A stretch of 64,000 nt of DNA, taken from positions 192,200,001 to 192,264,000 of the forward strand of contig OZ024740.1 in assembly GCA_964016885.1 (NCBI GenBank), in the 5' to 3' direction. The notes beneath the pieces were generated by a model. It was not told the DNA's origin and searched no databases. It saw nothing but the letters and a program-made list of their open reading frames with translations. Source of the DNA: Eledone cirrhosa. Taxonomy: Eukaryota. How positions within the stretch are numbered: position 1 is the first letter of the stretch; each line of letters begins with the position of its first letter. A program made the translations under genes and the position numbers. Of this stretch, positions 15,975-28,218 are shown piece after piece.

Positions 15975-16044
15975 CTTACATTTCTTCTTTTTTCAGTTTC
16001 CCTACTTTTAATCGATCCTTTAGATTTATGGCATTTCTTTTGAC

Positions 16045-16084
16045 CGGTCTAAATTCTACTTATAGTAATTGATATAAACACCCG

Positions 16085-16125
<41 letters not shown>

Positions 16126-16318
16126 AAACTAGTCAGGACCCCGACGACTGAGATCTGGCCGTTTCGACAGCTAGATCCGAACACAAATACCCCCCTACAC
16201 ACACACACCCCATACCCACTCACACATATATATATATATACATACATATATATATATATATGTATGTATGTATATATATATATGTTTATATCAATTACTA
16301 TAAGTAGAATTTAGACCG
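16045..16318. repeat. 36-bp inverted repeat around microsatellites containing a family C stub (16122-16180)
   Basis: cggtctaaattctacttatagtaattgatataaaca / tgtttatatcaattactataagtagaatttagaccg. Confidence 0.85.
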
Positions 16319-16884
16319 CTACGCCTCCGATCATCGCATTTCAACCTGATTCAACGACTATCATTATACCGAGCACGGCGTTCAGAGGGCGCACACATCT
16401 AGTGAAAATGAAATTCATTAATAATAAGGTTCAAACATTTGAATGCGTAATAGTTCCAGCATTTTAAATCGTTAAATTCAGTAGTCGACAAAGCATATTA
16501 TTTTAAAATATAAATACCTTGACACAAAGAAGCAGACAGGAAAGAATTAAAGAAGCTAGAAATAAAACAAGACAGGAAACGGTGAAAAGATTTGCCATAA
16601 ATCTAAAGGATTGAATAAAAGTAAGGAAACTGAAAAAAGAAGAAATGCAGGTAAAAGAATCGAATTAAAAGAAAGAACGATAAAAAATAAAGGAGAAACA
16701 TGCTCTATAAAATTACATGAAACTGACATGTATCTACAAGCGTTACTTTGTAATATATAAAAAGAAAATATGATATGTAGATCAGATAATTTTGGTTGCA
16801 AGCAAATAACAAAAGTAAAGAATAATAAGGAAGGGAAAAGTGAAATATACAAGATAAATAGCAATATAATCATGTGAGTACACG

Positions 16885-16936
<52 letters not shown>

Positions 16937-17029
16937 GAGAGAGACAGAGAGAGAGAAAAAGGAAATCATTTAATTAAAGTCAGAACAATGAAAGAATGAC
17001 ATACAATGTGGTACACTGTTGGTTACGAT

Positions 17030-17303
17030 GACGAGTGTTCCACTTGATTTGAAGCAGAATACTCGTCAATTTAACGTGAAAGTGTTTCACCCGTCATGTA
17101 GCTTTCAGTGAAATTCGGTGTGACAAAGGATGTAACAACACTTGGTCGTTGAAATGCAAGTACAACTCATTTGTTACCAGGATGTACTGGAGCGACGTGA
17201 AATAGAGTGTTTTTCTCAAAGGAAGAACGTGCCATTTGGAATCAAACTCACAACCTTACAATTATAAGCCAAATACCCAAATGTTTACGCCACGGGCTTT
17301 ACA
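17030..17303 (-). mobile_element. Degenerate SINE, family 2-like
   Basis: gagcgacgtgaaatagagtgtttttctcaaagg...aatcaaactcacaacc...gccacgggctttaca parallels 37170-37281. Confidence 0.55.
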
Positions 17304-19139
17304 TGATATCTGATATGTTGATCAGAAACAAAAATTAAAACGAAGAAAATATGGAGAGAGGTAGAAGAGTGAATATACATAAAAGAATATCTTATAGCGA
17401 CAAAAACATAAAGGAAATATATATATGTGAATAGCAATATAGAAACACAAATACCCAGTACAAAAGAATATGTGTCATATATTCTGTATATGACACTAGA
17501 TTATAATTTGTGTGTATTTAATTCCAAATCGGAAAAACATAGATGGCGTTAAACAAAATATATCTACAATTCACACACAAAAAAAAAATTTTTGAAATGA
17601 TAACTTACACTTTGATAGAATATTACCAATTAACAAAGAGGACCTCAGAAAATTAAAAAGACATCCAAAATACATAAAATAACCTCCGACATTTTCGAGG
17701 AATTTCAATATTATAAAAGAGAAATATGTTCAAACTGTAGAGAAAATAACATTCCGTATCCGGTAATTATTTTCATTACATAATGTTGGTGCCCCAGCAT
17801 GCCCTCAGCCTGTCGGCTGGAACAGGTAACAGAGTATTTTGGAGGAAGTGCATTACTTATATTTAAAAGGACACATCTATTCTGATATACGCATGGGAAA
17901 GGCACCGTTGTATAAACACTAGATTATGTTTTCAAAATTCAAAATCTAATATTAATATCTAAATGTCTGTCCTGTTTTTTAATTTCAGTCTCGTGATATG
18001 TTACGATAGAACACTAGTGTAACACTTTCCTATTAATCATTAATCGAATACCGATTATACATACTCTTCTAGGTATGGTCTATCATCACAAACTTTCAAA
18101 TTCTGTTGTCAGTTTTCATTTTTCTAAGCCATAACCTTGTATGTTTCTAGATCGGATATATTCAGCAGTTTCAAAACGTTCATTAACAGATTTTTTTTCA
18201 ATTTATGTAATGAATCCATTTCCGAATATCTTTGTACAAACAAGCACAGTCAAGTTTACACAAAGGTTTAAAATGCATAATTGTGTAGGTTTTTGTTGCA
18301 TGCAACACTTTATATACTTGTGCATTTGCTCCGTATGTCTGCATTGTCCCTAATTTCCCGAGGAAGTCGTAAAGACACCGTAATAACATACGGCGTTTCT
18401 AAACTAAATATGGGTACATGTGTCCGTACCTGAAATGATGTTTGTACGTATTTGTGTAGTATATTTATTTCAGAGAACGCTTAAATAGTCACATTAATCG
18501 TGAATATATTTGAATCACACTCGCTCTTTGTTTCTTTAATACAATAGAGTATTGTTTGAGTTGAATGAATTGGAAAATAGCCGGTATTAGATACCACTTC
18601 GTCTCGTTTTATTTCTAAGTTTCAATAGAATTTGAAATGGAACTTGACAAAATAACGAAAATAATTTGTCTGTTGCCAGTTGTAGTATGATAGGGTTGTT
18701 TTGATTACACACAAATTATACAGTTCTAAATAAGTAAGCAAAGTATTAAGAGAACTTTATTTCGTGTTCATGTGATATAGAAGGGATACAATAGTTTCAA
18801 CAAAAATTAGGACCATGACTGCGCTATTAGTTTCTAGAAAGCCTAGAATTTGCATTACCAAAACATTGCTTTTTTGCTTTAGAATATTAGTCACAGCAGA
18901 AGGCTATATGTATTTTTCATAGAATACAAAGAATATGTGTAGTTGGCTGGAATACATCTTATTTTATTGAGACCAAGCGTGATGTGAACTCAAAATATCA
19001 CACTAAATTATTACAAATTCAGCGAACTTGCAAAGATAATCCTGGTAACTATGATATTAGTTTACTTGCATTTTCCAGATAAAGATACAAAGCTTGAGTG
19101 AGTGAGGAAGTGAGAAAGAGATATAAATGAAGAATCGAC

Positions 19140-19432
19140 TCTAAACTGGTACGTTTCTATCGACATCAAAAGGACGAAAGGCGAAGTTGACCTAGGAAGG
19201 CTTCCATTTCAAAGAGCAAATGGCTGTAACGTTTACCGCAAAACATTATGTCCGGTATTCAAAAGATTTCACCAATTCGCCGCCCGATAATATGCATCAC
19301 ATTCGGATTTTAAATCCGCCGTGGTTAGCATTATGGGGTCGATAAAATAGGCTTCTAGTAACGCACTGTGGTCGATTTAATCGATGATCCTCTCCCCAAA
19401 TTTGTTGGCCTAGTGCCCAAATAAGATACTAT
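19140..19432. mobile_element. Two old head-to-head SINE family 1-like copies
   Basis: ctggtacgtttctatcgac...aaaggcgaagttgacct on the minus strand and ggggtcgataaaata...ttgttggcctagtgccc on the plus strand. Confidence 0.55.
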
Positions 19433-20430
19433 TACTGCCAGCTCAAATCACATATTTGCAATATTTCTCAGAAACATACCTTTTCACTCAATATATATAT
19501 ATTTCTTTCTTTATTTTTTTCAGAAGCAACCACATCATATGAGATAACACAAAAATGAGAGTATATATTGCTACCCTATTTTGTTTCATGATGCATTGTC
19601 ACAGAATAAAACAATACTAAAATTCATATTAATTAGTGGCAGACAGATGACTAAAAATTAAATACAAACAAACGTAAAAGCAACCAACTCAAAGTTATAT
19701 TGAATACACCTCGCTGTGCTACAAATGGGAATTATACAAAGTAGTCTGCATCCACTTCATATTGTTCCGAAAATGATGTGAAATTTAGTTCTTAGTAATG
19801 ATTGATTCGGATCTGCTGGCGGAGATTTCCATGCTGTTCTTGTACACCTACGTCACATCTATTGCGTGTATGCTTTTCAGAAACTCTGGAGCTTTTTGGA
19901 AGTATCGGTATAAATATAAACAGTACAGCCCATCGCATAACAGCAATCTTTCCCTCCAGTGAGCTAAGAAAAATGCAGATACATTAGTGTATGCTGCCCT
20001 ACGCGGCACACTTTCGTCTCTTGAACATCACGAATAAAAAACAAACGTAATCATATATTCGACAGTACTCGTATTTACACAGAGAGATAAAGATAGTTAA
20101 TTACAACTAGAATGTAAGCCTAGTCGATTAAAATAGATGATATTGTGTATGTACACATCTCTCATATATCAACGACAGGATACAAGATAATGTGACATTT
20201 AATTAGATAATCAGTGACTGACCAGATAACTAAAGTCTGATGAAATGTCTTGATAGAGTTAGATAAAAAAAAAAGTATCAGGTAGATATGAAGGTGTAAT
20301 TGTGTTTCAATGGATATCATGTCTATAATGCAATTGCTTCAACTAAAATGTGCGAACTCTATGGGAAGCCCTGAGAAGTGAGACTACAATAAATGCACAT
20401 ATATACATAATTGTATATATATATATATAT

Positions 20431-20858
20431 ATTGGTAAACGGAATAGAAAATGCTGACAAATTGTTCACAGTTGAAAGATGGTTTAATTAGGAATACAAG
20501 AGTATTAGTAATTGTATGGGTTAGTATTCAGTTGTGGTTTTAAGTTTTTAAGTTTTTACCGGTTGCGCATTTCTAAATGCTTTACAAAAATAATTTTGAG
20601 ATAGAGTGTCCGTGCTGTTTGCTCAGATCAGAGCAAACAGCACGGACACTCTATCTCAAAATTATTTTTGTAAAGCATTTAGAAATGCGCAACCGGTAAA
20701 AACTTAAAAACTTAAAACCACAACTGAATACTAACCCATACAATTACTAATACTCTTGTATTCCTAATTAAACCATTTTTCAACTGTGAACAATTTGTCA
20801 GCATTTTCTATTCCGTTTACCAATATATAATAACTTGTGTGTTACACCTCTATTCTTT

Positions 20859-20862
<4 letters not shown>
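20431..20862. mobile_element. Near-perfect ~395-bp palindrome made of the pLTR of the 47.6-52.6 kb PLE family, plus a 34-bp tail
   Basis: Arms 20431-20624 and 20631-20824 (one mismatch seen) with 6-nt loop agatca. The right arm plus tail aligns to ~47686-47907. (TA)n on both sides. Confidence 0.92.
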
Positions 20863-20953
<91 letters not shown>

Positions 20954-21040
20954 AAATGAAGTAATTCCGTCTGAAAAGTCCAGGAAAAAAGAGTGCTCTA
21001 TGTGGAGAGCTTAATAGTTATGTTGTTTATTACATAACTA

Positions 21041-21143
<103 letters not shown>

Positions 21144-21195
21144 ATATATATATGTGTGGGGGGGACATGTGTGTGGGCGGGTGTGTGTGTATGTA

Positions 21196-21274
<79 letters not shown>

Positions 21275-21340
21275 ATATAAGGGAAAAGGAAGAATCAGTG
21301 ATGAATCGGAACTCAATTGTTTCCCCAGCGAACAGCTCGA

Positions 21341-21466
21341 GGTTGGATCTGTGTGTCGATCTAACCTGACTCTGGATTCTCAAAGAGGATTTGCTCCGAA
21401 GCCACTAGACCTGTCTGAGAAACCTGCGAATCCGGAGTCAGGTTAGAGCCACCCACAGATCGAACC
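21341..21466. repeat. Imperfect 42-bp inverted repeat in a 270-bp island between (TA)n tracts
   Basis: ggttggatctgtgtgtcgatctaacctgactctggattctca / tgcgaatccggagtcaggttagagccacccacagatcgaacc. Confidence 0.8.
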
Positions 21467-21548
21467 ATGTTATCATACTCTGCTCCGTAGGAGCGTAGAA
21501 TGCTCAAACGGAATACCGCCCATGGACGCACCTGAGCTACAATAAGAC

Positions 21549-21585
<37 letters not shown>

Positions 21586-21647
21586 TAAAGTGTTCCTTCA
21601 TCAGTGATCTTCCAACCATCACAGGTATTTCTTCGATATATATATAT

Positions 21648-21974
21648 AGGAATGAGTAGGACCCCGACGGCTGAGCTCAAGCCTTATCGACGGCTAATTC
21701 TGGACGGGGTACAATAGTTTCAACAAAAATTAGGACCATGACTGCGCTATTAGTTTCTAGAAAGCCTAGAATTTGCATTACCAAGACATTGCTTTTTTGC
21801 TTTAGAATATTAGCAGAAGGCCATATGTATTTAATAGAGTCCAGAATTAGCCGTCGAAACGGATTGAGCTCAGCCGTCGGGGTCCTACTCGTTCCTATTA
21901 CCCACTCTACTACCCTAAGTATTGAGTACTTCGGTATGTTATGGTCCACCTGGTTTCTTACCACATTTCCTTCG

Positions 21975-21976
<2 letters not shown>
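21648..21976. mobile_element. Fold-back pLTR insert (family C) with captured spacer and tail
   Basis: Arms 21648-21705 and 21839-21897, tail to 21976. Spacer 21706-21838 is a copy of 18783-18923. Confidence 0.85.
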
Positions 21977-22006
<30 letters not shown>

Positions 22007-22216
22007 TTACTGTGGTTACCTCCGATTCAACCCGGAATAACGTATATATATATATATAAAATAGTGATAATAGAGATTCAGTCGTATTTTTGACTGGGTA
22101 AATTAGCCTAATAGTTAGAGTTATAACACGCACACAATGGACAAAGGATGAGCATTGACGTACATAAGAAACAAACCCACACCTTTGATTATCATAACCA
22201 ATGTGTAAAAAACAAA

Positions 22217-22405
22217 TAATTGTTTCTACTTTAGGCACAAGGCCAGCAACTACCCAGTGCCTCACTGGTACTTTATTGTATCGACCCCTTAAGGATAAAA
22301 GGCAAAGTCAACCTCGGCGGGATTTGAACTCAGATCGTAAAGGGACGTAACTATGCTAGAAAGCATGGCGTCCGACCCTCTACCGATACTACCAATCCAC
22401 CGCCC
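22217..22405 (-). mobile_element. Full-length tRNA-derived SINE (family 1) with 19-bp TSD
   Basis: A box tggtagtatcggtag and B box gagttcaaatcc on the minus strand. TSD tgtgtaaaaaacaaataat at 22202-22220 and 22407-22425. Confidence 0.92.
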
Positions 22406-22578
22406 TTGTGTAAAAAACAAATAATGAAAAATTAAAAGTACTACTTGTGTCTAACAAAGAAAGAAGGACAAACACGGACATAGATATCACTCTCCTCTCT
22501 GAATATGTATGTAAAAACTAATAATGTTTCTTCCCCTTCATTATTCGAATACATATGCAACATTATTCATATCCGCAG

Positions 22579-22610
22579 TTGCAGAAGCATATAATGCCGA
22601 AACCGGTATT
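22579..22610 (+). ncRNA. Degenerate minimal hammerhead-like motif
   Basis: ttgcaga-agcatataatgcc-GAAAC-cg-GTA with palindromic stem III accggt. The core is decayed and stem I is not evident. An AATAAA follows. Confidence 0.3.
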
Positions 22611-22784
22611 ATTAAATTCTGAAATATACACTTTATAAATAAATGTTTCGATATTACACTGAAAGAATCTCTTCAGCATGTTCTACTGAAAACATCTTTT
22701 TCCTCTCTACTATTTAATTTTATATACATCAACTCATGTGTTACTTCCACACACACACAGACACACACACACACACACACATAC

Positions 22785-22860
<76 letters not shown>

Positions 22861-22957
22861 TCAGGTTTGAGGATCACCACTGGATAGAGCTGGTCAATTC
22901 CGTATGGTCATTCTCAATGTAATAATATGGAGAGTACACAACGTAAAGCAGTTCAAG

Positions 22958-23015
<58 letters not shown>

Positions 23016-23020
23016 GTGTG

Positions 23021-23055
<35 letters not shown>

Positions 23056-23084
23056 GTGCGTGTGTGTGTATATATGTATGTATG

Positions 23085-23124
<40 letters not shown>

Positions 23125-23457
23125 CGTGTGTGTATGTGTTTATATATATATGTGTGTATATATATATGTGTGTATATATATATGTGTGTGTATTTCATTA
23201 GTATATTGTCTCAAACTACCCTACGGTCAATTTAGCCCGAGAATGTACTAACTGCTTTTTCTAGCAAATACGATTTTCACTTTATGTCCTCTGTATCAAG
23301 TATTAATATCTCCCTCCACCTCTTGAGATATTGTCAATTGCTTCAAAAGAATGGGTCCTTTTCCTTGACCGATGTATCACGTGTTAATTCCTCCGCCTAT
23401 AGAGTTGTTCTCACTTGCTGCAAAAGCGTCGAGGAAACAGTTATTTATATCAGAGGT

Positions 23458-23545
23458 GTCCCTTGAAAAGGTGATTTGCCTTAGAGCGATGATGCTATTT
23501 TAGAAAGCCCAGCTGCACATGGATCAGCGAAACTGCATTCGGGAC
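23458..23545 (+). ncRNA. Degenerate type I hammerhead
   Basis: gtccc-ttgaaaa-ggtgatt...gatcagc-GAAAC-tgca-ttc-gggac. Stem I is intact, while the core and cleavage triplet are mutated. Confidence 0.45.
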
Positions 23546-23651
23546 TTTGAAGAAAACATAGGTATATTTTTGTCTATTTCCTCATATTTTGTAATTTGTT
23601 ATATATATATGCATACACACCCTAATACACACACACATACACACACGCACA

Positions 23652-23696
<45 letters not shown>

Positions 23697-26600
23697 CCAC
23701 ACACACACATATATATATATATACATATGTGTGTGTGTGTGTGTGTGTGTATGGATATATAATGTACGTATTGTGTATTTAATAATATACTGTATGTTTA
23801 TTTAAATACACTTTGAAGGCCTAAAGAAAAAAAAAATATATATATATATATATATGCGCGTGTGTGTGAGTGTATGTGTTTGTGTGTGTGTGTGTACGTA
23901 CCTGAGTGTGACTGTGTGTGGGGCTGTATGACTGCTCACGTGTGTGTGTAAATAGAAAATTCAGATTTGTATGAATATATGTATATATTTTCTCTATTAC
24001 GATCTGTTTACACCGATAGCCATAGAATATACATTCTATAAAATATAAAATGTATTCATGCTTTTGTATCTAATAGGTAGTAAGGGTGATAGATTTATGC
24101 CTAAGCGCTTTCACTGACCAACATCATTAATGTTTTCATTAAATGTGGTCTTCGCATATATTGAAACATTAGTCACACAAATGGTCATATATTGTATAAG
24201 ATTTCGCCACATTACGCTTGATAAAAGTATTGTATGCGAAATAATAGAATATTTTATTGTTGTGTGAAATCCAGCATAATATTGTCTATATTCTTTGTTA
24301 AATTATATTGCGTATTATTAGATCGATAATGAATATTTTATTATCAGAATATTACGGTGTAGAATGTTCTAGAAAACAATGTTATAGAAAATTGCAGTGG
24401 AAAGCTGAATCTACTCATAATTTTAAGTAAATTTAAAGGTTCTGTAGGAGACTTGTATAATTCTTAGATATGTTTCACGTATGAATATGTCCTAATTGAA
24501 GTGAATATAATAACAAGTCAGTCTTTAGTCTTTTTTTCTGCATTTGAGGTTCACATTAAACATAAGACTGTCCATCTCAAGTAGGAAATGATGTAATGGA
24601 GTTTCTATTTAGTCACCTGAGAAAAGGAGCAGTTATATATGTTTCCGTCTAATCACAGTATATTGTCCTAAAAAACAAAATACATATTTGCAAATGTAAT
24701 ACTGGGTACACCATGTGTACGATAAATACAATAATCAATACTCGATTGAATCTGGCAATTCGAAATGATCTAGAAAAGAAACACGTATGATATGATGATT
24801 GAATATCTGACGTATGAGTTGCCAAAGTAAAAGGGAACATATATTTTAGAAGCTATGTTTGTTTATGATCTGGTAAAAGGTATTTACAGGATGCCTGATA
24901 AAACTTTTTAATTATGGCTGTATCGTCTACTGAGGTACAAACGCAATTGGCTTTCAGGACAATATGATAGACACATACAAGATAAAGGTAAAATAGGTGT
25001 GTATATTAGAGATAACATTTCTGGAACAAGACTTTTGACAGCAATGTAATTCAAAACGGTATCTTCGATCACTTGATGTTAATTTGCGCTGTATAAAATA
25101 TGTTAGTGGATGTTTAGTTTTATCCGTAACCGCATCAAGGTTTGCGACTGTTTAAGCAAATCACACAATCGTTGAAATACATGGGAGACGGATAAAATGT
25201 ATCAGATACATATCAGAAGCGGATTTGAAAATATAAGTTCGTAAGTAAGGGTTTGAGATTATTATTGATTTGCTCTCAGCAAAATTCGATAAATATTTTA
25301 TTAAAATGTGTTGGTACAATCTAAAATCAACTAGAAGGCTTCAGTCCCTCTCAAGCTTGCCGTATTAAAATCGACGTTATCTATTCACGAGATATCAGTG
25401 AAGTTGCGCATATTCGAGATAAATTATATGTTTTAATCACTATCCCATAGCCTGCAAGAATTATAACTTTGAAATTCGGCATATGTTTAGTTTATAAACA
25501 TATTTAGATTCTTTATATTAATTTTGTGTCAGTTTACAGGTTATTGATGTGATTTTGTTACTGAAATATATTGAGATATTATGTGAAGAACTGTTGATAT
25601 TTATAATTCGTGAAATCCACGTCACACTTTAAACACACAAGCTCTCATGAATTGCATTTTAAACTCATTTAATAGATGTTATATATTTCGTAAAAGGAGA
25701 ATGTGTCTATGAATTGTAGAAAGTATTGAATAGTGTTATCAAATGTGATAGTAAATAGAAAAGCTGATAGGAAATATACATCGGCAACGTGATTGATGAG
25801 AGTCGTGTTAGAAGAATCCAAGACATTAGATATATTGCATGAAACAATTGAACCAAATATATGCCTGGTGTTTATCACTATCACAATTTAAGATGTATAT
25901 ACAATCCTTACTGTCACAATAATTACATATAAGCCTACAGCATTCGATAACATTGACGTTTTCTCCATTTTACGCTGTCATAGTTAGTGTACGATATCTA
26001 TGAACGTTTCATGTTTGTCTTAAACAAATGACAGTATATAGATTAATTCCAATAGCATTTCAACCCTATCTTAAATTATCCAGCCAACTGACATTATGGT
26101 CATCGCGTCTGTATTTAACTTTCTTCCATTTTGTTTTGAATTCATTACACCTTTACTACTATGACTAGTTTCAATTAATGCTGTACCCTTCTATTGTATT
26201 TTTAGAGCTATAGCCTTCCACTGTATTATGTGAATATTTACAAATTTTGCTACAAAATATTTGTCTTTAAGTATGAAAAACATTCTTATTTCAAAAAGAA
26301 TAATTGAATGAACAGAAATATATCAGAGACACAAAGTATGACGTAAATATATCAGGATATTATCATGTACGATATTAAATCAGCTGCATATACGAAGAAG
26401 CTTTCATTGTTTGAACAATTGAAAGGTGATTACCACATTTAAATAGGAATATAAATTCACAAAATATAAATGTATTACCCCTTTACAACAAACAAAAATA
26501 AACATACACTCACCAAATACTTACATTTTGTAAAATATCCTAATATAAAAATATGCTAAATAAAGTTAGATATTACACCTGCAAAGTTTTCTTGAAATGA

Positions 26601-27753
26601 CTTCTTTCGCGAAATGAAACTGTTTATCGGAATATTTCAGCTGATAGATGCCCGCATAATACTTTGTCTTTGTTGCGATTATAATCGCAATAAAGATAAA
26701 GGTTAAATAATTATTTAACCTTCAACTGAATGTAAGGGACAGAACCGAACCGTAAATTCTATAAACATCTATTTATATAGTCCAAAGCTTTTGTAACCGA
26801 TATTTTGTTCGCTTGTTTTTTGTGAATCCATATAGCCTTACGTGTCGAAACAATAGTTTAATTCCCTTACGAATGTCGGGATAATCACAAATTCACTGAG
26901 TTTCAATCGAAAATATTTAATAAACCCTACTAGTTTGACGTGTGTGTGTGTTTATGTGTGCGTGTGCGTAATAAAACCTACCAGTTTGACATGTGTGTGT
27001 GAGCATGTGTGTGTATGTGTGTGTACGCGTGTGGGTGTATGTGTGTATGTGTGTGATTGTGTGTGTATGAGTGCATGTATGCGTGCGTGTGTGAATGAAT
27101 GATGTAAAACAAGTTGTTTTAACATTGCTACTCTAACAAGAATGAGGAGGATGGACCGATTATATTCCGTTCTCATCGAGGCCGGATATGAATCGGATCG
27201 ATTAAAATCTAGTTCTATTAAACAAATAAAGCAATCATTTTAAACCTTTGCAATGTACAGTGATTTTATTTGGGATAATTGTGAATCCATCATTTTGAAG
27301 TCATTTTTTAGTTGAAATATATATAAATGTGAGATCAAATGATTGAATGCTTTTAACGTCAACTCCAAATATTATATATTTATTTCCTAGATTACCTTCA
27401 GTCCATACTTCCTTATGACGATGGCTAATACACACACACACGCACAAACATTAACACACACACATATATACATATATAAGCTTCGACATGGTTGTGTGGT
27501 TAAACATTGATGCAGTCATTGATTTGTTTGTTGTTAAGGATAGGCGAAGGCATTTTCGTGGAGTTATTGGGTTAGATTTACAGCTATATTATTGTGGCTA
27601 CAGTGGTGCTGGGCGAAGCCTTAACCAAGTATCATGAACTTTAGACTGGTGTTGACCAATGTCTCATGAATGAAGTGTGGTAGCAGGAAAACAAAATGTC
27701 CATAATGTACACGCCACGGATGCACCCCCCCCCCCCCCACACACACACATATA

Positions 27754-27841
27754 TATTTAGTGTCACTCTTTTGTTTTGCCCTACACCATCTTGTTTTTGT
27801 GTAGAACAGAACAAAGTAGATACACAAAATATAAGCCAATT

Positions 27842-27906
<65 letters not shown>

Positions 27907-27996
27907 GTGTGAATTGGCTTATATTTTGTGTATCTACTTTGTTGTTCTACACGAAAACAAGATGGTGTAGGGCAAAATAAAAGAGTGACACTAAAT
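27754..27996. repeat. ~90-bp inverted repeat centred on a (TA)n tract
   Basis: tatttagtgtcactctttt...ataagccaattcacac / gtgtgaattggcttat...aaaagagtgacactaaata. Confidence 0.92.
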
Positions 27997-28218
27997 AGAA
28001 ACCTAGTTGTGGAGGAAGTCACAGAATATGTGAGGAAAGAACTTTGACAATATATAAACCACCATCCAGTTATCGAATTAACCAATCAACCAGAAGTGTA
28101 TAATAAATTGAAGTGAACACCAACATGTGCGTGTATAACAATATTTGTTTCAACACATGTTTTCAGATAAGAAATCTTGCAAAGCCAATTCAAAAACGAA
28201 GTATATATATATATATAT

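Noticed and set aside
28128-28172. Minus-strand ctgaaaa...gaaacaaatattgtta
   Set aside because: Core mismatch and stem I too weak.
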